Made by a program: the position numbers and the translations under genes. The notes under the pieces were generated by a model, which worked only from the letters and a program-made list of their open reading frames with translations, was not told where the DNA came from and ran no database searches. This document shows positions 41,075 through 54,997 of a DNA stretch of 64,000 bases, piece by piece. Origin of the DNA: Curvularia clavata (taxonomy: Eukaryota); NCBI GenBank assembly GCA_023920165.1, contig CP089276.1, positions 3,286,001 through 3,350,000 on the forward strand, given 5' to 3'. Positions within the stretch are counted from its first letter, which is position 1. Each line of letters starts with the position of its first letter.

Positions 41075-44000
41075 ATGCCCTATTCTGAGCTCAGCGAGCA
41101 ACAGCAAGCTTTGATCGCCAATCGCACCAGAGTTTGGGAGGTGAGGCGTTTTTGTCAAGTCCTACCATCTGTCGTCAAGTATGCGCGCGGGGCAGGCAGC
41201 AGTTTGACAAGCCAGCCGTTGGAGCCACATGATGGCTCGCAAAATGAGCCAGATGGCGCACTTGCTGCCTTGCTTCGATGTCTCGTCCACCGAATGGGCG
41301 CCGACTTGGCCATGGTCAGCTTACTGGATGACCACACACAGTATTTTGTATCAGGCGCCAGCCGGACCAATATGAACGACGTCAAGGTCACGCTGGGTGA
41401 GTACGTCGACCCGAGTTCTCCGAAGACGCTATTTCCATCAAGCTAATCACTCCGGAATAGATTCGACCAAATGGTATGGCTGCGAGTCGGTTTCCCACCA
41501 TGGGGGTTTGTGCGAACGAACCATTACGATGCAGAACCGTCCTGGAAACATGGCCTTGTATGAAGAACTCGACATGGCTAAACAAGACAGAACCAAAGAT
41601 CTCCCATTTGTAAAAGGGGACATTGCCAGGTTTCGTTACTACGCGGGAGTTCCTTTGAACCCGTACGGCGGTCCAAACATTGGTACTGTCTTCGTCTTTT
41701 GCGAAACACCGTCGGATCAAGGTCTCTCCGACGAAGATCGTTCGTACTTGTTTGAGATAGCCTCACACATTATCAAATATCTTGAGCAAGCCGTGGAGGC
41801 GTTGGAGGGCAAGAGGGTTCTAAGATTCAACAAGAGTTTTGCTTCACTGTTGGATGCTGAACTATCTACAAAGGTCACCCCTGACATCGGGAACGAACAG
41901 CCTGAGCAGAGGGAGACTATGGTATCGAACCTATATACTGAAGCCACCTTGCGCCTGTATCAGTTGGCAGCAACCCTACTCTATGACACGTTTGAATTCG
42001 ACGGAGTCAGGATCCACGAGGTAGACCAATTTGGAAGTTACACGAACAACAACCCAGACTGGAACGGGTCCAAAGTTTTGGCCGAGCATCTCGGACCTAT
42101 GGAACAACAATTGGGAGATCCGTCACAACCGCTGCTGGAAAGGTTACTAGAAATGTTTCCTCAAGGTTGTGTCATCCAAACACTAGGTAGTTCAGACAAC
42201 ATTGTCGCCGCTACAAACACGGGTCAGGTGGTTCTTGTAGTGGACGAGCTTATTTCTACTGAGCTGCCGCAGATCTTCCCAGCGGCAAAACAGATAGTCG
42301 TAATGCCTCTATGGGACACACATCGCGAACGGAACATTGGAGCGGTTCTAGGCTTTGCTAACGACCAGTCCCGAGTCTACCTAGGTTCAATGGATCTTCT
42401 GTCCATCTCGGCATTTTGCACAACACTCATGACGCAGGTGCGGCGTCTTGAGGTGCAAGCCATGGATAAAATCAAGTCCGATTTCCTCGGCTCCATGTCG
42501 CATGAAATGCGGACTCCTCTACACGGGATACTCTCGGCGCTTGAACTCCTAGCTGATACGCCCTACAACACTGATCAGCGCGATCTACTCGAAACTGCAC
42601 GATACAGCAGTATCTCATTGCTCAACACTATCGAACATGTATTGCATTTCAGCAAAATCAGTTCGACAGCGCGGGTTTTGGATGAGACACACTCGAACGC
42701 GTCAAGTTCATGGACCGCGCAGCAATCAAGCCCTAGGTACCCACAGGCGGCAGCAATGTCCCTGAAAAGGCATACTTCAAAGATGGTGACCGTTTGTGAA
42801 GAAGTATTCCAGCGAGAAGTGCGAAGTCTTCACCTCAAGGACACCATCCAGCACCAGTTCCCTAGCCGCTGTCAACGCCCCTATAGTCGGTCGCCATCAC
42901 CTCCGTCACCAGCCCAGTCGCCTGGGCCGAAGCACCATCCTGCTATGTTTTTCGACACGAATGTTTCTTTATCCTGTACACTCACAGCTGTTGCTAGCTT
43001 TCGGGCAGTTTTTACGCATTTGCTAGTAAGAAAAATCTTATCCACCTACACGCGGTGTCAAGACTAACCTTTCTACAGAACAACGCTTTGAAATTCAGTT
43101 ATCCTACAGGGTGCATTCGAGCGACCTTAGACATCGACGAAAACCTTTGTACACTACGCTTTATCGACGCTGGCAAAGGCATTAATCCAGATTTCCTTCG
43201 ACATTCCATCTTCGAGGCCTTTTCACAGGAAGACCCACTGGCTGAAGGCACTGGACTCGGGCTTTCCATCGTGAAGCGCACCATTACTGCGCTTGGCGGT
43301 CGACTTGATGTTGAGTCAAAGGAATCACGTGGCTCGACTTTCACAGCAACGTTTCCTTCCAAACGAGTAGTTTTCGATCCAAGCCACATCGTGGAACTTG
43401 GGGTTACTGGTCAACCAGAGCTTCAGGTGAGCGTATTCACTCCAAGCAGATGGGTGATAGAAGGCGAAGTGCGAGGTGATCGATGCAATGAGATGCTTCT
43501 GGCGTCCCTCACGCGAAGCTTAGGAAGATGGTTCCAAGTCGCGGTCACGCCTTGGGAGTCTTGTAGCACAGGCTTGCGTCTTCTAGTTCTTTTGGAAGAA
43601 GATCTAGCAGATGCAAAACAGACTCATGGTGGTAGTTTCGGTCATGACAAGTGCCTGGTACTTTGCCCAGACCTTCAAACAACTCTCAATTCAGATACAA
43701 CGCCTCTGGAAAACATTGCCACCATCATTGGTCCGGTCACTCTCACCAGTCTCCAAGAAGCGTTGAGACGTTTATTTCCTGATTTTGTCGTACCTCTATA
43801 CCCTTACGATGATCATGAACAGCTACAGACATTGATGGAAGACTCAACAGAGACGATGGGGAATGACGGGGAAAGGACGGATGGCATACCATCCAGAGAT
43901 GTATTGTCTCAGCTAGCGTCTCAACTAACAGTCGAAACAAATCCTGAGGGGAACGATATCGTAGGCACGATATCAGTGGAAGCAACATCAAAAGCTGAGA

Positions 44001-44545
44001 GCAAGAGATTGCCCGACGGAGTTATGGCTGATACAGCCGCAAAGCCCCCCACCAATAATGTGCATAGCGACGCTCAACCAGAAGACCCGGCAGCGTGTGT
44101 GCTGCCCCAGAAACACAACACAAGAGAACCAAAACTGCTGTTGGTTGACGACAACCCAGTGAACCTTAAGGTTCTGGGTATGTATGCACAGAAATGCAGC
44201 AAAATCAAAGCAAAGTCAGTCAATGGTGGGCAGAAGGCGATTGATGCCTTCAAGCGAGCATTCTTTGAAGAGGACAAGGCCTCTCAGCGGTTTGATCTTA
44301 TATTTCTTGATCTCTCGATGCCCGAAGTTTCCGGGTTCGATGTTGCGAGGCAGATACGTGAGATTGAGACCCAACAGGAATGTCAGTCTCGGGTGTACAT
44401 CTGCGCGCTTACTGGTCTATCGAGCGACAAGGACCGCAATGCTGCTTATGCGTCGGGCGTAGACCAATATCTTGTCAAGCCTGCGAGGCTAGGGGACCTG
44501 CAGTGGGTTGTTGAGAGATGGCGAGATAGCCTGATGCGTGAATGA
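41075..44545 (+). CDS. hybrid sensor histidine kinase (GAF-HisKA-HATPase-REC); exons 41075-41396, 41461-43025, 43079-44545
   Basis: RYYAGVPL (GAF), H-box SHEMRTPLHG, N-box NNALKF across the intron, GTGLGLSIV, receiver VDDNPVN..DLSMP..KP. Confidence 0.92.
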
Positions 44546-45265
44546 ATGACACCGAAGCTTATCTCTGTACCATGTTGTATCTCTTGGCTCTGTATGGTGG
44601 CGCTGCGTTCTGTGCTGGCCACAGTCCCCTGCCACATACTCGAGTAACCTACTCTATGAAGATCATACTACCCATAACCATATCCTGTTTTCTTTGAATT
44701 TCGCATGAATGAACTAGGACGACGATAAACTCCATAGCTGAACGTGAGGCGGAAGATATTCCATGCGCTTGAACCGCAAGCGTACTAGCGTTCGCTTGAC
44801 GGGCCTGCCTGATACGCGAAACATGGCAACGTCATGATATGTATTTGAGCGAATCCTCCCCAGTTACGTCCTTCTTCAAGCGAGCGCTAGCGGACGTAAT
44901 GTCACGGATGAATCACCGGCATACTTCTCCTCTCCAGTTACCCGTCACTCTTTCTCTTCGATAACGCGATCATCGCGGGCTGAATGTAAGGCGTTCTATT
45001 CTTGGTAAGCTGAGCAGCACAATGTTCCGATGCCGACGATGATGACAGTTGCGCCTCATTGCTTTTGCGCTAACGCGCCGTAACATGGCTTCTGGATACT
45101 GCCTACCGCACAATGGAGAGGAAGCTAACAGAAGAAGCAGTGGAGCTCCAGCAATGCGCACGCCGTCGTAGTCCAAACACCGTTCCCCTACGTTACCCCG
45201 GATCCCCACCACCAGCCAGGTCCACCTCTAGCACAGCACGAGTCGAACACGACACTCAGTTCGAG

Positions 45266-47123
45266 ATGGCTGCTACCACCGAGTCGGTCTTTGTTGAAGA
45301 CGTGGACGTCGACCGTGAGCTCAGAGCCCGCGGAAGGAATTCCAACCAGCCGTCCAAGTCAGGGGCAACCTCTCCAGGACCCGATAGCGAGAATGAAGAC
45401 GCGCCTCTCTTGAACACTTTCAGAGACGACTATGGGGGCGCCCGTAGTGATGGAGACAGCAATAGCGAGTCCGAGTGGGCTGGAGACATGGACTTTCGAC
45501 ACCTTCCCTGGTGGAAGCGTCCTTCGGTAGGCGCATCAAGGCTTCCAAGTTGCTACGTCGACGACTGACAGAGAAGCATAGATATACTGGCTACTTCCGC
45601 CGTTTCTGCTCTTCACAACAGCCTTTGGCGGTATCATCGTACCCAAGATCAACCTGATCATGGATTTGGTCTGCGAGGACTACTACGCCGCACTGCAAGC
45701 CGACCCGATATCGTCACCCATGGACCCCGGCCAGGATCGATGCCAGAACGACGCCATATCATCCCGCTCCTCGCTCTTCCTCTTATACGCTAGTTTATGC
45801 TCCGGTTTACTGTCGGCCATTGTCAGCCCAAAGATTGGTGCACTCTCAGATCGATATGGACGTAAGAAGTTTATGATCTACAACACATGCGGCACGCTGT
45901 TGGGCGAAATCATCACCATAATGGCTGCCAAATTCCCTGAAACTGTTCACGTTAACTGGATTCTGGTTGGCTACTGTCTGGAAGGCATATCTGGATCGTT
46001 CATTGTCGGCATGGCTTGTGCACACTCGTATGCATCTGACGTTGTTTCGCCCCAGAGACGAAACATAGCTTTCTCATACTTCCACGCATGCTTATTTGGG
46101 GGTATCGCCATTGGACCCGCTCTTGCGGGGTATATCATCGACGCCCGGGAAAAGATAGTGGGTAAGACTGAAGCAGTGCTTCTTATCTTCTACATGGCCT
46201 TAGGCGTACATTTCTTCTTCATTACGTTCCTCATTTTCTTTGTCCCCGAGTCGCTCAGCAAAGCACGGCAGGAGGCTGCGCGCGAGAAATATCAAGAGGA
46301 AGTGGAAAGACACGAGCCAGCACAAGATTGGATCAACCAGATACGTTCCGTCAACCTCTTCCGCCCGCTCAAGATACTGTGGCCCACCGGTCCTGGCACC
46401 TCATCTGCTGTGCGCTGGAACCTGCTTTTGCTGGCGGCTACAGACACCATCATGTTTGGTGTTGCCATGGGTTCCATGAGCGTTGTGCTGGTATACACCC
46501 GGCGTCAGTTCGACTGGCACGAACTCGAGTCTGGCCGCTTCACAACTATCGTAAACTCGTGCCGTGTTTTCTCTCTGCTTGTCATTCTACCTATTATCAC
46601 CCGCGTCGTCCGAGGCAAAAATGGTACGGCTCGTTTGCGCAGCACTGGCTCTGACTTGTTTGATCTTTCCGTTATCCGGGCTGCCATCTTCTTCGACATG
46701 ACTGGGTACCTAGGTTATGCAGTTGCACGTAGGGGCGAGCTATTTGCACTATCCGGTGCACTTGGTGCTATCGGTGGTATCGGATCCCCTACGTTGGGTG
46801 CGGCCTTGACAAAGCATGTCCCGCAAGATCAAGTTGGCCAGCTGCTTGGTGCAACAGGATTGCTTCACGCTGTAGCGCGTGTCATGGGCCCCACGATCTT
46901 CAATGGCATATACAGTGCCACTGTCGCGAGCTTTAGGCAAACAGTGTTTGTTTCTCTGGCTGCTACTTTCGGTCTCGCCTTCTTGTGCAGTTGGTTTATT
47001 CGCCCGCATGGTAAGTTTGAATCCTATCAGCCCTATGCTAATCGACTGAGTGGGCTAACTTTCGCAGTGTATATTGACGAAGACAAAATCCACGACGCCG
47101 CTGCAGACGAAGCGGAAATCTAA
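45266..47123 (+). CDS. MFS transporter (SLC46/tetracycline-efflux-like); exons 45266-45526, 45582-47010, 47068-47123
   Basis: PWWKRPS|IYWLLP, motif A GALSDRYGRK, about 12 hydrophobic segments; an in-frame upstream ATG at 45113 makes the start uncertain. Confidence 0.88.
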
Positions 47124-47984
47124 TTCATCCCTTTGTCAATAAAGCAAGTCATATATGCCGCTTGTCCATAACTTTCTCAAGTTCGATTAGAATGTTTCCT
47201 GAGCGTAAATGTCACTTAACCTTTTCTTCAACTGCTATACATATAGCGAGTACAATTGGTCATTAGGAAAAGGAGCATCCTGGGTTCATACCTGTTTCTA
47301 TGTTTCTTCAGAATACGTGTATATTCTTCTTTAAGCATTTCGGATAGTTTGTGTGCTTTGTAACTATGAATAAGATGGAGAGGTTTCAACACTCGAAGAT
47401 TAGTTCTCAAACTCGGTCGGACCTGGATCTATATTTATTTGTTTCTTCTTGCGGACAAGAGTAATTTCACTAGAATATGTTCAACCGATTCGTGCTCCGC
47501 ATGCCTTATTTCGCAGTCTTAAGAGTTGACGTCAATGTGGGCAGATGAATGGTTCATGCTTAAGATATCTGTTATATTTGAATGTGATATCTCCAAGTAT
47601 TATTGTTTTCATCGCATTCTTTTCACTCAACATAAACTCTACAGAACTTTATCATGCTAAAGGACCCATCTCCAAAGTGGGGACAACCTATCATGAGGGG
47701 GAGGGGCTTACCTAAGGATGCCTCGGCCCGCTAACTAAAATGACGGGCCTATTATCTACGTCAGCTTCCACGTTGCATCTTCTGGTGCCAATTGGCTGGC
47801 GCGCAAACCGCAATTGACCTTTGCGCTTTATTTATCTTGCACGACCCTCGAGAAAACTCGCTCATTTGTTGCACGTCTGAGCTATTCACTGTTTATTGCT
47901 GCTCAATGTCAGCGGCTTCTCGGTAACGCGCGACCCTTTTGACAGGCTCTCTTTCAGGGCAGCGCGTGCTCCCCGCTACCAACC

Positions 47985-49308
47985 ATGTCAAAAGAGAACC
48001 GCGCTTTTGATACCGATACATTCGGCACTGGCTATGGCTTTGAATCATTTCCAAAGCGGCCCATAGAAATGCCGCCTACCTGGGTGCTTTTCGTGGGTCT
48101 GGCCTTCTTGCTTGGTGCGCTGGGCTTTTGGGTAAGATTTTGGGGTACACGCGTTGTATATATGTCAATTACAGGCAACTGACTTGGGGTGTGAACGCAA
48201 ATAGGTCTACATAGCGCTGCATCTGCTGGCACCAACTCCGCGACCATCACATCGATCAGAGAAGCAATACACCACAATACTACCCGACGGAAGGCGAAGC
48301 GACCCCAAGGAGTTGCCGTGTTGGCTGGACAAATGGGCAGCAGAGAAAGAGGCTGCGAAGAGGCAGGCTGCGAAAGAGCCGGGAAACAAGGTCGTTATAC
48401 CCCCACAAATGCCGATTGAAGAAGCAGAGCTGTTCATGAGCGTCGTGGTGCCTGCATACAATGAGGAAGACCGTCTAGAAGGCATGTTGGAAGAAGCCGT
48501 TCAGTTCCTAGAGAGCCAATACGGGGATGCGCATGCTGGGGAAAAGGGAGGAAAAGAACAAAAAGGCTGGGAGATTCTGATTGTCAGTGACGGAAGCAAG
48601 GACAAGACAGTAGACAAGGCGCTGGAGTTTGCAAAGGAGCACCAACTCAGTCAGCATCCCAAGGCTAAGCCGGGGCCGTGGTCGAAGGACAATAAGGCGG
48701 CGGCATCGCATTCGACACACATCCCCCACGGCAGCATACGCGTCATCAGCCTCGAGGAAAACAGAGGGAAAGGTGGAGCTGTCACCCACGGCATGCGACA
48801 CGTCCGAGGCCGCTACATCGTCTTCGCGGACGCAGACGGCGCAAGCCGCTTCTCGGACCTGGCTGCGCTGGTCAAAGGCTGCCAGAGCATCGAAGACAAG
48901 CACGGCCGCGGTGTCGCCATCGGTTCCCGCGCGCACCTTGTCGGAAGCGAGGCCGTCGTCAAGCGCTCCAAACTCCGCAACTTTCTCATGCACGCCTTCC
49001 ATATCCTCCTCCGCATCATGACTCCGCCTGCAACAGCTCGCATCCGCGATACTCAGTGTGGTTTCAAGCTGTTTTCGCGTCCCACACTTCCCTACATCAT
49101 ACCGTACATGCACTCCGAGGGCTGGATCTTCGACGTAGAAATGCTTATGCTGGCGGAGAGTGCGGACATCGCTATGATTGAGGTCGCAATTGGGTGGAAG
49201 GAGGTTATGGGCAGTAAGCTGAATGTTGTATGGGATAGTCTGGGCATGGCTTGGGGCCTTGCTCTGCTGAGGGCGTGTTGGATAGCGGGGATATACCGGA
49301 GAGATTAG
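47985..49308 (+). CDS. ALG5: dolichyl-phosphate beta-glucosyltransferase; exons 47985-48131, 48205-49308
   Basis: SVVVPAYNEEDRL, VSDGSKD, NRGKGGAV, FADADGAS, DTQCGFKLF, WIFDVE; N-terminal TM segment. Confidence 0.93.
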
Positions 49309-49585
49309 TACGCTTGACTTCAAGTTTTTTATTGTTATTAAAAATAGATATTGTTCACCCGGTTATGGAAGTCGGCCTTGTTATGTCGTCACGTTGCGAT
49401 ATGCTGCTATATTTTCATCGCTACATGACACTCTATAGATGATACTGACTTGACAACTGAATATTGTTAAGGCGCAATCTCCGTTTGAGGTAACATAAAT
49501 AGTTCAGCAAAATGACGATGTTTCAACCCGGCAGCTGAAGAAGCTATGTCGTGGAGGCTCCATCGTCTTCAACTATCATGACTGC

Positions 49586-50946
49586 TCATTCAAACCTCGC
49601 TATCCATCCATCACCCACCCTCTCCCCCTTTGCATCCACACCACCCCAAAATACAACACTAGCTCCCGCTTCCATAACATCGGCACCAAAGAAAGCTCTC
49701 GGACCAGGATGAAGCTTTCCATCATCTCCTTCCAACTGTTTCTCTGACGGAAGCTGCACCACCGCCTCTGCCCATGAGAGGTGTCCAGTGTCAGCACCCA
49801 ACGCAGACCGGATATTGTCCTTGAGCTTCGCAGGATTGATTGCGTTCTTGAGTGTTGTAGCTGGTTTTGGTTCCAGGTCACTCGAGGGAATCTGAAGAGC
49901 CCATGTATCGCTGAATTGCGTCACATCGCGTGAGTGTTTGGGATCTTCTGGATCGGTGCTGTGGATGTCCGAATCGCGATCACTTCGGACTCCAAACAGG
50001 TAGACAAGATAATTGCGGCCCCAGCCGGTAGTGACTGGGAGTAGAGCTCCATGGTGCCTTGCTCGAGGTCCTGGTGCGAGGGGATTGGTCGGGAAAGTGA
50101 ATGACTCCCATTTCTTCTCTTCGTCTGAAGAACTGATACTGAGGTGATGCAGTTGGCTACTCATAGGGTCATTTCCGGATACCAGCCACAGCTGTCCATT
50201 CGCCAGCGATGCATTTGATGTCGCCACCGGCGCGGTGGGGAGTTGTGTCCAGTAGCGGGCCGCAATGTCGAACTGCCAAAGGTCTGATGCATTATCACCG
50301 GAACCGTCGACTCCACCAAAAAGGATTACATGCTGATCATGTGAGAATAGGTGCGCATTGCGACGTGGCCCTGGACCGATGGCGCCAGTGTCGATGTCAC
50401 CCTTGGATGGCTCAAGGATGTCCCAGCTCTTCCTCTCTGGACTGAATAGCCATACAGAAGAATTCTCATCGATAAAACTTCTATTTGAATCACTTCCACC
50501 GTAGACCGCAATGTTCCCATGGAAAGCGCAAGCAGCATGATTTGATCTTGCTGTAGGGGTTTGCTGGTTCGCTGATGTTGATAATGCTGGGATCATACTG
50601 TAATCCATTTCTGGCTTTCCAGAATGCTCAAGAGTGACCACATGGATGTCGTTGCTAGCAAGGGCATTGCTCGCAGTTTCCCCACCAAAGATGTAAGCTT
50701 TGTTGCCAATGACTGTGACTGTGTGATTGGAGCGGGCCAAGGAGCGTCTGAAGGTCAGCTACAATCTATGAAACAAAAGCGACAAGCTACGTACTCTGAT
50801 GGATCGCCTGTTGCTGTAGCTATGCGCGTGAAATTTACTTTGAGAGGCAGTGTCGGCTTCGAGACAAGATAGGCCGCGTAGCCTGCTTCTGCTGTATGCT
50901 CCACCACTTCTGCAGCTACCCAAGCACCTGCTGCAACTTCTGCCAT
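49586..50946 (-). CDS. kelch-repeat beta-propeller protein; exons 50946-50795, 50747-49586
   Basis: repeated R-x-x-H...FGG/YGG...W kelch units. Confidence 0.85.
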
Positions 50947-51247
50947 TACTGTTTTTCAGAGTTTATGTCGATTGATAATTGGTATTATAGCTCTAAGCAG
51001 TAAATTACTGGATCAGGTGTAAAGAAAGATCAATGGCGAGGCAAAGGACGATGAAAGATGCGAGGTCTAATGCAGGTACGCGACAGGCATGACGTCAATA
51101 GCCCCCATGGTAGGTGCGTACGCGGTGTTCGACAATATGATAAGTTGGAGCTATGGTAAATGGGTATAAATATACCGAATCTATTGGAGAGGATAGTTGA
51201 GGATATATACAGAGTGGAGATTTCGAGCGATTGAGAGCGGTTCAATC

Positions 51248-52726
51248 TTACGCTTTTTGTTGTTCAACGTGGTCAAGCCAGATGGGAGTATCACTGCCTA
51301 GGGGCTTAGGCATGATTTCCCATTTGACTTCCAGATTCTCGATAGTCGCTGCATGTCTAACAGCTCTCAGCGTACCAAATTCTGTTTCTCTAGACTCGAG
51401 ATATCTCTCGACGTCCTGAGATCTCTCAAAGTCTTTGCGGTCAAACCCGCTCTTGCCCTCGTATCGGCCCAACGACCGCAGATACTTCATGACACCAGCC
51501 AATGACACTCTCACCTCATATGTCCCTCCTTCAGTACCACGTTTGTACAACGCGGCCATAATACCAGTTGCTAAGAGATATCCCGCGCCGTGATCTAAAG
51601 CTTGACAGGGCAATACCCGTGCAGGCTCGTTGTCACCGTAACTTTGGGCTTCTGCTACATTGATGCCGGAGCAAGTTTGCACGAGAGAGTCAAATCCGCG
51701 ATTCTGGCTCCAGGGACCATCAGGGCCATAAGCATTTAGGCTTGCCACAACCAGACGGGGATTTATCTTGCGGAGTTCTGCAGCCGAGAGACCTTTCGCA
51801 GCAAGACTCCCAGGACGATAGCTTTGAATGAAGACATCAGCCGTGGAAAGCAGATCTAACAGCTTTGCTTTGTCTTCGCTCTTATTGATATTGAGCTGTA
51901 CTGTGCGCTTTCCCCGCGAGAGATCAATGTCGAGATCTGGAAGGTCAGGCAGAGAAGGTGAGGTGACCCATATGACATCTGCTCCATGTGCAGCCAACGT
52001 CTTCCCTGCGACCGGTGCAGCTATGACTCGGCTCATCTCAACCACGCGGATACCTCTTAAACATCTGTTGTCTGGTATTTTTGATGGCATCGGAGGCATA
52101 TAGGGTGTGGCAGAAGCGGTCTTCTTAATCAGAATCGGATAATCTGCGATGGCTTTGGCTTGTGGTAATGAGTCCCATTCTTCGAAAGATCTCAGTGCGG
52201 CGATGACGGCCCCTCGTCTGAACGCTTCCGTTTCTAAATCAACGGCTTTCCATTTCAATACTTCTTTTGCAACATCATCTTTCGATGCGTCAAGTCCCAA
52301 ACCCAGGATTTGCAATGCATTCCGTCGGGTATTTGGAAACGAGTCATGTATTCTTGCGTATCCATCAGATGCCTTGTGCAATCCACCAATGGTACCCCAT
52401 GGTGGAGTTGCTGCTTTTCCATCGAGTGTGTAGAGGCGTTCAGATTTGAATTCGACACATGCGTGTTCTACCGGAACTTTCACGTTTGGCACGGCGTTTT
52501 CGTGTCGAATCGACCAGTACAGAGCTGCTGCGAGCGCAGACACTGCAATGGTTGACTGTGCAAGTACGTCCACTCTGAAAGATGATGGGAGACATTCGGA
52601 GTCGATAGGAAGCTCGAGTGAGCTCAAAGCGTCCTCTGGGAGACCCAGGAGTTTCCAGATGTACGCAGCCGAATCGCTTGCAGAGAATGCAGAGCGATCC
52701 CTGGACACGGGCAAAGGGTTAGACAT
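51248..52726 (-). CDS. CoA-transferase family III (CaiB/BaiF)
   Basis: LRGIRVVEMSRVIAAP, HGADV, RGKR, DVFIQSYRPG, RGFDSLVQ. Confidence 0.92.
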   Translation of the reverse strand: MSNPLPVSRDRSAFSASDSAAYIWKLLGLPEDALSSLELPIDSECLPSSFRVDVLAQSTIAVSALAAALYWSIRHENAVPNVKVPVEHACVEFKSERLYTLDGKAATPPWGTIGGLHKASDGYARIHDSFPNTRRNALQILGLGLDASKDDVAKEVLKWKAVDLETEAFRRGAVIAALRSFEEWDSLPQAKAIADYPILIKKTASATPYMPPMPSKIPDNRCLRGIRVVEMSRVIAAPVAGKTLAAHGADVIWVTSPSLPDLPDLDIDLSRGKRTVQLNINKSEDKAKLLDLLSTADVFIQSYRPGSLAAKGLSAAELRKINPRLVVASLNAYGPDGPWSQNRGFDSLVQTCSGINVAEAQSYGDNEPARVLPCQALDHGAGYLLATGIMAALYKRGTEGGTYEVRVSLAGVMKYLRSLGRYEGKSGFDRKDFERSQDVERYLESRETEFGTLRAVRHAATIENLEVKWEIMPKPLGSDTPIWLDHVEQQKA

Positions 52727-53164
52727 CAGAGAAGCAATGGTATGAGAATATTATTGAGTTGAGTATTATAGATGGACTTCCAAACATGTGTACAATGAGA
52801 TGAAACTGCTACGGCTTGGAAGGGAAGTCACATTGAGTCACCATGGCCCATGTGACCAGGACCTAGTATCCCATTTTCGGAAAACTGGTAAAGCCGGATA
52901 AAAACTAAGTAGTGAGAGGGTGGCTTTGTAAGGCCGCTTACTTTGAAAAGTTATGTAGCACGACACGCTTAGTTTTTTCTACTAAATCTTGAATACATAC
53001 TAATTCTTGCTTTTTCTCTTAATTCAAACCATCAAAGTTCCAAAATAAACGTGTGGTCGTTGAAATAATCTAAGTTAAAAGTGTCAAGATTTGGTGGGGA
53101 TAGCCGCTTGTTCTGGGATATCCGGGGTTAGTACGTACCGATTTTCCGAGAGTCCCATTAACTA

Positions 53165-53219
53165 ACGTCAAGGATCAGCAAGCTGGCCAGATCAGCAAGC
53201 TGGCCACCCCACCCAACCT
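53165..53219 (+). repeat. left TIR of the outer element with two 17-bp direct repeats
   Basis: GATCAGCAAGCTGGCCA twice in tandem. Confidence 0.9.
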
Positions 53220-53287
53220 AATCCAACTCTCTTCACCATTGATCCACAACAACGCAGTAAAATTAGATAAAATTTAACGGATATAAT

Positions 53288-54929
53288 TTATTGTCTAGAT
53301 TTACACGAAGTGCGAGTGTGACCTTGAATATGGTAGTTTGTGCACGTCGGCGGCGCGCGCTGGCGTCGCTGACTGCCCTTACTCTGCTCTGCCTCTACAA
53401 ACTACTCTTTCTGCCTCTAAAGCGAGCTGCCGAGCCTGCTGCATCTGGAGCACTCCGCCAGAAGCGATATATTGACGCGGCTGATTCTGCTTTTGTCGCT
53501 GGCGCTGATTTTCTTTATGTAGCTTTTTGTTCTCCTCCGCGAGTATTACTGCTGATTGCATTGCAAGCTGAGCGCTCTTAGCAAGCTGGCGGATAGCAAT
53601 GCTTGTTGGACTCTCTGGCTGCCGCCGCAGTCGCTCTTGGAGATAGCGCACCTGCTGCTGAAGCTGCTCTACTGTATGTGGTGTCTCTGTCTGCGCCGCT
53701 GCCTGCGCTGTAACGTTGTCATCTATAGTTGTCTGTGGTGGAGACGGCGTCCGGACGACAGTTAGCGACGACAGAACACGATCTGGATAAGAAGGGATAA
53801 GACCTGTCGCCCGAAAGCCTAATTGGATATTCTGCTGCGTAAATATAGTCGGCTAGATCCGTGTATAGGCTGTAAGGAAGTCGATCTTGTCGATATGGTA
53901 GACGCCTTGGCGGGCGAGCTCCTCAATCTGACGTCTGTACGCGCGCTTAAGAGGGGAGTAGCAGCTTATATCTAGAGGCTGGAGAAGATAGGAAGTATAT
54001 GGCGGCATATAGAGAGTAATAATCTTGTTATCGGCGCAGTACTGGTCGAACTCTGGCGTAGCGTGGCTGCTATGGCCGTCAAGAATAATAAGCCGATAGA
54101 CTCCAGCTGTTCGAGCCGCTATATGCTGATTGAAGTGCTTTACCCATTCTAAGCCTAGCTCATCTATCGTCCAGCCGTTGTCTGACACGCCAATAGTCCA
54201 ATCGAGTGGGAGGTCGCGGTACTAGCTGCTCTAGTGGACTTTACCAGACAAGATTATGAACGGTGGAAGACACCAGCCAGACGCGTTGACGCACTCGATA
54301 GCTATTACCTACTCGCGATTGCCTGGCTGTATTACAACTGCGCGGCCAACTCTATTAGAGCTAGTTACGACTTTTAATGTTGCAGCGACGCCCATTACGA
54401 ATCTAGTCTTGTTAAAGTTGTAGATATCTTAGTCAAGAACGCCATACGTCTGTCGCGTCTCCTCTACTAGTTTAAACCACGCTGTAATCGCGATAGGATC
54501 CTTAGAACTAGCGCGCTAGTTATTAAGCTTTCTAGTCTACTTTGTCTAGAGCTCTGGCTGGCCTTAGATAAAGCGCGACACCCATTTCTTACCTATAGGT
54601 AGTAGAGGTGGATCTTGGCTACGCGCGGCGAGTAGAGCGTCTGCCATTCGTCGCACGTCGATGATATGGGGTGGAAAACTACGCCGGTCAAGGTCTAAGA
54701 TCCACTGTACGAGAGAATGCTCTTCAATAGACGATAGCTTACAATTAGCAGGTCGCACCTCAGATCGTGGCTGGGTACCACTGACGCGCGTCTGGAGTGT
54801 GGATTTTGGTACATCAAAGGCCATTGCAAGAGCGCAGAGAGACTGTTTTAGATTATTACGATAGGACGCGATAGCAAAACTTATTCTGCCTTCACGAGAA
54901 GTCTGTATAGAGTGTTGTTGTCGCGGCAT
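53288..54929 (-). pseudogene. outer transposase (HTH-CENPB, DDE_1, C-terminal zinc knuckle) with stops and a frameshift near 53400
   Basis: VPKSTLQTR HTH, IYNFNKTRF (degraded NFDETGF), DGHSSH, QPLDISC, PTCTNYHIQGHTRTSC; in-frame TAG/TAA stops. Confidence 0.92.
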
Positions 54930-54997
54930 TATGGTAGTTGTAGAGAGAGTCGCGTCAGGTTGGGTGGGGTGCGCAGCTTACTGATCCGCGCAGCTTA

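Noticed and set aside
47011..47067. Stop-free 57-nt last intron of the MFS gene
   Set aside because: Strong canonical splice signals; short 3n stop-free introns arise often by chance.
47200..47650. AT-rich stretch with short minus-strand ORFs
   Set aside because: No recognisable domain or element ends.
48508..49323. 271-aa antisense ORF over ALG5, and similar antisense ORFs over GDH and the oxidoreductase
   Set aside because: Shadow ORFs expected from strong codon bias; no motifs.
53128..53160. TACGTA just left of the outer transposon, possible excision footprint or TIR fragment
   Set aside because: Too short, with no partner end in the window.
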